NCBI GenBank assembly: GCA_964016885.1
Contig: OZ024741.1
Location: forward strand, 82,336,001-82,400,000
Direction: 5' to 3'
Length of the DNA stretch: 64,000 nucleotides
Source: Eledone cirrhosa
Taxonomy: Eukaryota
Each line of letters opens with the position of its first letter. Within the stretch, counting starts at the first letter, position 1. A program made the translations under genes and the position numbers. Positions 56,818 to 64,000 of this stretch are shown here, one piece after another. The notes below the pieces were generated by a model. It saw only the letters and a list, made by a program, of their open reading frames with translations. It was not told the DNA's origin and searched no databases.

Positions 56818-56818
<1 letters not shown>
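55924..56818 (+). mobile_element. Mariner transposon, internally deleted
   Basis: TIRs of about 65 bp (CGAGGTGTGTCAGAAAAG... / ...CTTTTCTGACCCACCTCG) with TA flanks. Transposase HTH, DDPRSGRP, MVPKLL, GDQSWIF; most of the catalytic domain is missing. Confidence 0.93.
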
Positions 56819-56870
<52 letters not shown>

Positions 56871-56889
56871 GAATCCACGTATTCAGTGG

Positions 56890-57612
56890 AACTCACTAGA
56901 TGGAGTTATCAGAGCCAAGAGACAAGCTTGGAAAACTGGAAAAATGGGTGCAGCAGAAACCGATAACAGGTGGCTAAGAAAGAAGTTAAGTGACTGTATG
57001 CACAGCTCGGAGAGAGGCTGATGTAAGAAAGTTTGCCAAAGTCCTGAGATGTGACGATCAGAGACTCGAAGTGTTCCGCATTGCAAGTCAGTTTGTAAGT
57101 GTGTAACGTGATTTTGTTATGGGAAAACTGTGTTAGAAACGACATCGGTGTATTTAGCACCACTGATTCTCAAACGAAAGAAGTCTCGAAATGACACTAC
57201 GAGAGACGGATGAAAATAGAGAAGGAATTTGAGGAAGAGAAAATATCCTCAATCCAGCCATTGAAGTTGAGAGTTATATGGTTACGGAAACACTCACAGA
57301 GATGGAAAAATTGTAGAGTTGCAGGAAGAGCTAGGTTTAAAATGAATTCGAGGTGGTGTGCAGGAGAGAATGCTGCATTGGTTTGGACAGTGATCTTTAG
57401 GTGAAGAAGTGCCAGGAAATGCGAGTGTAAGGAAGTCGCGGTAGAGGTAAACCAAGAATGACCTGGATAGATGTAAGAGCTGATCTCAAATCACTGAAAC
57501 TCACGGAGGCGATGACAAAGGATCGCGACGTGTGGGGAGGTGCGATGCTGAGAAGGAACCATTTAACACATACCAGTGTGAAAAAGCGAACGTATAAACG
57601 ATAATGATGATG
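56890..57612 (+). mobile_element. RTE-clade LINE remnant with large internal deletion
   Basis: Linker HYER.M..E.E; C-terminal RGRGKPRMTW..DL..MTKDRDVW; (TGA)n tail. Confidence 0.7.
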
Positions 57613-58127
57613 AGAAGATGGTGATGGTGGTAGTGGTGGTGGTGGTGGTGGTGCAGTCATATTAATATCTATGCATAATACGCACAATACTTGCACAGTC
57701 AGATAGAGTTACAATCTTCTTCATCAATATTTCCTTGAGATAACTCTACGACGTGTAATAGATTTCATTTAATTCTGAAATTAATATCTATTTCCGTAAA
57801 TGAAAACATTTCACATTGACTTTTCATTTCAATGTATGTTTTGTTATGTAAATCAAGTAAAGAACATATTTATTAAACATCTCTCAAATAATTATTAAAA
57901 TTTTCTAAATAAAAAGGAGGTTACTTCTATATTGAATCTTCCCCATTTTCACTCACCGTGTTTTACTAGCTAATTGGTGATTCAATATAGTGGGCCTAAT
58001 TGCATGATAGTTGTTTAATTATATGATGCCATGTGGAAGCCATATATACCTTCTACATGTATTCACTACTTGTATTCATTTATAGCTGCACCAAACAAAC
58101 ACTGTTGTCAGTACAACACGCATAAAT

Positions 58128-58167
<40 letters not shown>

Positions 58168-58177
58168 GTGTGTGTGT

Positions 58178-58226
<49 letters not shown>

Positions 58227-58596
58227 TGTGTGTGTGTGTGTTTCTGTGTGTCTGCGTGTGTGTATATATATATACGTATGTATTAAGAAAAATGATGAAG
58301 TTCCTTTTACATGTAGCTATTTTTTTATTGTGCCGCAACTAGGAGGTTTGGCTCAGAAAAAGGTGTATTTTTTGTTGAATCACTACTCTGAAGAGGAGAT
58401 CAATAGTGGCGTTGGGTCTATAAACTCTATGGGTGATCCAGAGCCAATGCACTGCAAAACACAAGTAAGAGGTCGATACGCAATAAAAAAGTCTACATGT
58501 AAAAGAAACTATACCGTTTTATTTTAATATATACATTCTCCTTGTGCATTGAGTTCTCATTTTTGTACCAACACCAGTAATTCACTAAATCACATA

Positions 58597-58647
<51 letters not shown>

Positions 58648-58653
<6 letters not shown>

Positions 58654-58830
58654 TGTAATAAACACCAGGATTTTTTCATTCTGATGACTGAAGGCAAATT
58701 TGTTTGCTTTCAAGAAGCCACTGGTAAATGAAATAATTATCTTATGTTTTTTATTACATAACTAATAAGCTCTGTAACCTACATAGAGCACTCTTTTTTC
58801 CTGGACCTTTCCGACGGAATTACTTCATTC
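58648..58830 (+). mobile_element. pLTR insert in (TA)n with short 5' inversion
   Basis: 58648-58662 is inverted against 58750-58764. Tail is homologous to 13515-13615. Confidence 0.75.
58674..58733 (+). ncRNA. Type I hammerhead ribozyme, well preserved
   Basis: tttcatt CTGATGA c tgaaggcaaa tttg tttgctttca a GAAG ccactgg TA aatgaaa; 7-bp stem I, 10-bp stem II. Confidence 0.83.
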
Positions 58831-58880
58831 ACACATATATAAATATATATATATAATATATATATATATATTTATATATA

Positions 58881-58923
<43 letters not shown>

Positions 58924-61900
58924 ATAAAGACTCTTTTCTGTCACGAATGACAAAAGGATTTGCACCTAGAAAGTTCCCCACCGAGGCACAAGTCCGGGAA
59001 AGGTTGTTTGTGGAAGACCAACTGTCACCCATATATACCAGTCTCCCCTGTTCGCGCAACCAATGTTGTCCAAGGCAATGGTCAATAGAGCTTGGCATCA
59101 GTGAAGCAGCACCTCATTTCTATAGCTGAGTGAATTGAAGCCACGTGAAATAAAGTGTCTTGCTCAAGAACACAACACAAGCTCCAAGAACTCTCAACCT
59201 CGCGATCATAAGCCAGATACTCTAATCACTAAGCCATGAAAGAGAGAGATGAAAGTGTATACATTTTGCAATGCATGTATAATTATTTGAATAAAATAAA
59301 CAAATATTTCGATTTAAAAGTGAGGATCATTTGTTTGTGTATTTATCTATTTATTCCCTGTGCGCTTTATTTGTATACCGTTTTGTTTTCTCGTTTTGTT
59401 TTCCAGTTTTACTTCCTCACGTCCTCCTTCAAATATTCATACCTGTTTACCAACGCTGTCTTCTTCATATATTTTTCGAACAATACTTTGCAGTAATTAG
59501 AGGTGACGATGCCTATCGCGATGATGTTGATGCTGCGGGTGCACTTGAAGTAAGTAGTGGTGATGCAGAAGTGTATTTTAATGGAAATATACTTGTATTC
59601 TATACTAATTGATATTCATACACATGTGATACACAGTATTTTGTCGAAATTATGGAAACAAATAGTGGCAGCAATTCAAAAGCCGTTTTAACGACCAGCG
59701 TAAAAATCATACATGAGATATTAAACGGTGTCTAAGTGAGCCAACGTTTGAATTTCTACGTTTTAACTCACCTGCTAGAAACAGCATTCATATCAACTTC
59801 AAATCATAATCTACATTCTTAAGGCGGTGGGATACATTTGTTAATATATTAGATATACAATATTGAAAATGAAGACGATATGGTAACGGCTAGCATGCAT
59901 TTGATTTATAGTTCTTTTGCATCTAATCTTAGCTCTGAGCGAAACAACAATAACAAAAACAATATACGGATTTGCAAAACTGAAATAGACACAAGAGAAG
60001 TTAATCTTAACTATAATAAAGAAAGGAATGCGGGACTGCGTCCAGAATATATTTTTCATCCGTTTTTAACATAAGTTGGATTACTTTGAATAAATAATAT
60101 ATGAATATTACAAAATTTATGTACTAAATTTCGTAACTCTTGATTAAATATAAATAATTTTATTAATTATTTAAAGATCCACTTCTTTTAAATGTTCAAA
60201 TGTCAACACTTCCGGTTAGCGCCCGTTATATTATAACACTTATACAATCATCGCATATATTTCCGTCGCTAATTTTCTCCTAATGGAGTTTATATATAAC
60301 ATCCTCTTTTTTAAATGTATCATAGATTACTTTACTGATTGCAGAAGAGAGTGTAACACAGACTCTCTTCAATTTCTGTGGATATTGTCAATTACGATTT
60401 TATTTGATATATCATATCTACATGCATATATATTTGCGTATAATAACAGTTTTATGTTGTCTTGCATGAAAGGATTGGAGAAAATGCTGGAGAAATAACA
60501 TTCTGTGGAAGAACCGTTGAGTGTAATGGTTAGTGGGAGGCCAGGGGTGCGATACTGTATGAGGAGGGAAAGGAGGGAATATGAGTTAGGCAGGATTGTC
60601 TAAGTGTAGATGTCATGAGGTCAGCCATCTGAGGGTCAGAGTTTGAAATGTGCAGCAGTGTCCAATATATATTTAGTTAAAAATGACGATATTTCCGTCA
60701 GATTCCGCCACAGCATTGAGATCCCATCATCATTATTATCCTGGGATTTTCCATGGCATACAATACGCTAAACTATGATATACTAGATTGTTAATGTTGT
60801 TTCTTAACCCAAGGTCATCTTTTAAAATATAGATATGTGATTACATGTATGTCCAGCGTTGAACAATCCGTTGTTTGATAAGGTAGGTTTACATTGTTTA
60901 ATATGTACTACATATTTAAAACTGTTGTCAGGGTGTAGATTGGGGTGAGTTTAGTTGCATAATTTTAGCAGATATAGCCATTACACAGGGGCTTGTTGAA
61001 CCGCTTCCTTTTCGACACTGTCGCCGTCAAGACCTCTGATATCCTTGATCTGTGCATTATCGGATTCCCCCATAAAATCGGAAAGACAGCAGCCTGTCTG
61101 AGGAAGGCAGCCCACGAGGTGGTGCGGCTGTTACAGCGAGTATCACTGGTCTTTCTCCGTGGTAGCAATGTATTCGCTTATCAATACGCGTACACGGCCT
61201 ATTCACCACTCAAACTGGGGTGCAGAATTTGTCCCTCACTACTTTTACTTCGTTGATTGAATTTCATTTTTCTTTTTCCCTTTCATTTTTTGTATCATTT
61301 AAAATCTTTATTTTGTCTAACTTCACATAATTATTCATAATCTTCTTCCTCTTCCTCTTCTACTTCTTCCTCCTCTTCTTCCTCCTTCTCCTCTTCCACT
61401 TCCTCCTCTTCCTCTTCCTCCTCATATCCCTCTTCCCCCTCCCCCTCCCCTCCTCGTCCTTCTTCTTCAGTCTCTCCTGATCTTTATGGATCGTTAGACG
61501 ACGACGTTTCGGGAGGAATTTTGATTACTGAAGACAGGACTGACATTAATAACAAGAATAATGTTCTAATAAATCTACGATTGCCAAATGAAACGTTCTG
61601 TAAAAGCATTTTTGTCATAATCAACATAGCATCATCACAATCATCAACATCATAATCGACAACAATAAAAGCAAAATAAGACAGAGACGACGGCAATGAC
61701 GATGAAAAAGAAGAAGAAGAAGAAGAAGAAGAAGAAGAAGAAGAAGAAGAAGAAGAAGAAGAAGAAGAAGAAGAATTAAACAGCTATGAAGTTGGAATGT
61801 AAGATAATATAATTGGCAGGAAACATTGTCAAGTTTAGTGTTATAAACACCGAAATCTAGAAACACAGACACACATATACCACCCCTCTCTTTCTCACTT

Positions 61901-61956
61901 TCTCTCTTTCTTCCTAAATTTCTCTCTCTCTCACTCTCTCTCTCTCTATCTTCCTC

Positions 61957-61987
<31 letters not shown>

Positions 61988-61992
61988 TCCTC

Positions 61993-62825
<833 letters not shown>

Positions 62826-62852
62826 GAGAGGGAGAGAGAGAGAGAGAGAGAC

Positions 62853-62971
<119 letters not shown>

Positions 62972-63337
62972 GAAAAATACACTAGAGGAGGGATGTAGAG
63001 AATGGAGAGTTAAAACATTAGATCACTTTACAAATTCATCTAATTGAATTGCGGATCAATAAGAGAAGATAGCGATCAGAATCGGTTGATGAATATCGGC
63101 ATCAACAGAATTGACGGCTTGCTTGTAGCGAAATGAAATTAAAATGTCGATTTTAACGGTTTCTTTCCAAAATTATCACAGTCACCTTTTCAAACAATGG
63201 TCCCTTATTTGTTTTCTAGAATATCTTTAAAGAACATTGTGAGGCGAGTACACAATTTAAAGATTTGTAAACGACAATTCCACATGAAAGTGACAAGGAA
63301 GAGGCTCTGTCGGGGGAGGTGGACTAGAAGGTGGATA

Positions 63338-63467
63338 ACGAGAAGATGAAGACGGAGACGAAGAAGAAGACGAAGAAGACGAAGAAGAAGACGAAGAAGA
63401 CGAAGAAGAAGACGAAGAAGAAGAAGAAGAAGAAGAAGAAGAAGAAGAAGAAGAAGAAGAAGAAGAC

Positions 63468-63507
<40 letters not shown>
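63338..63507. repeat. Compound (GAA/GAC)n-(AAT)n microsatellite
   Basis: Read directly. Confidence 0.95.
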
Positions 63508-63509
<2 letters not shown>

Positions 63510-64000
63510 TTTCTTTATTAACCACAAGGGTTTACATAAAGTAGACATTAAGGACAGTGCAGGACAATGCAGGACGGTACAAATGGGCATTTCTGCGTGT
63601 AAAAAACAAAAACAGAGGATGTAACAAAAATAACAATGAAAATAACAATGAAAAATTCCCCAATAGGGGGGAGACTTCGGAGGGACATTTGTGGAGAAAG
63701 CCCAGTAAAAAGCCACAATGACCCTGACCACCAAGGCAAGTGCCCTCTCCCAGTTTTCCACCTTTAATTTACAGATATATACTCAGAGTAGGCCCATTCA
63801 CTCGGGCCATTCTTGCTTCTCTCACCCATCTTTCAACAAAATGCTGGGAAGAGAGCACTTCCCTCTCTACTCTGATTTTCCTTTTCAAATGAAATTTGAA
63901 AAAGTCAATCAGAGCATCACCGAAGAGATAAGTGCTCGTCTTCAGCCCTTTCAGACGTGTCCACCATACTATCTCTTTCGCCATTGCCACCAGACAGATA
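63508..64000 (-). mobile_element. 3' end of a second Tx1 family A copy, running off the window
   Basis: ORF 63769..63990 is nearly identical to the end of ORF 6911..7381; same 3' UTR and AATAAAGAAATC-(ATT)n terminus. Confidence 0.92.

Noticed and set aside
60965-61256. GC-richer ORF as a host exon
   Set aside because: No recognisable domain or supported splice structure; more likely an old repeat fragment.

Overview
AT-rich, microsatellite-dense intergenic or intronic eukaryotic DNA. It is most likely an octopus (coleoid cephalopod) genome, inferred from the SINE families and repeat content. No convincing host gene is present, and almost all long ORFs in the track are microsatellite artefacts or retrotransposon fragments. 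Identified by eye: three near-full-length, degenerate Tx1-clade LINEs plus the 3' end of a fourth; an R4/Dong-clade RLE LINE; CR1-group and RTE LINE remnants; two 5'-truncated Penelope-like (Naiad-type) elements; an internally deleted mariner; and tRNA-derived SINEs. The main unexplained structure is a set of small non-coding inserts in (TA)n arrays carrying hammerhead ribozyme (HHR) motifs, about 15 candidates from several unrelated families. Many use the compensatory U3-A8 core (TTGANAA instead of CTGANGA), some have very long stem II, and many are arranged as head-to-head palindromes with both 3' ends abutting (TA)n. Other observations: Tx1 families sit in specific microsatellites, a SINE shares the Tx1 3' terminus, and a splice-donor motif is conserved at the end of Tx1 ORF1. 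All folds and alignments were done by hand and need computational confirmation.
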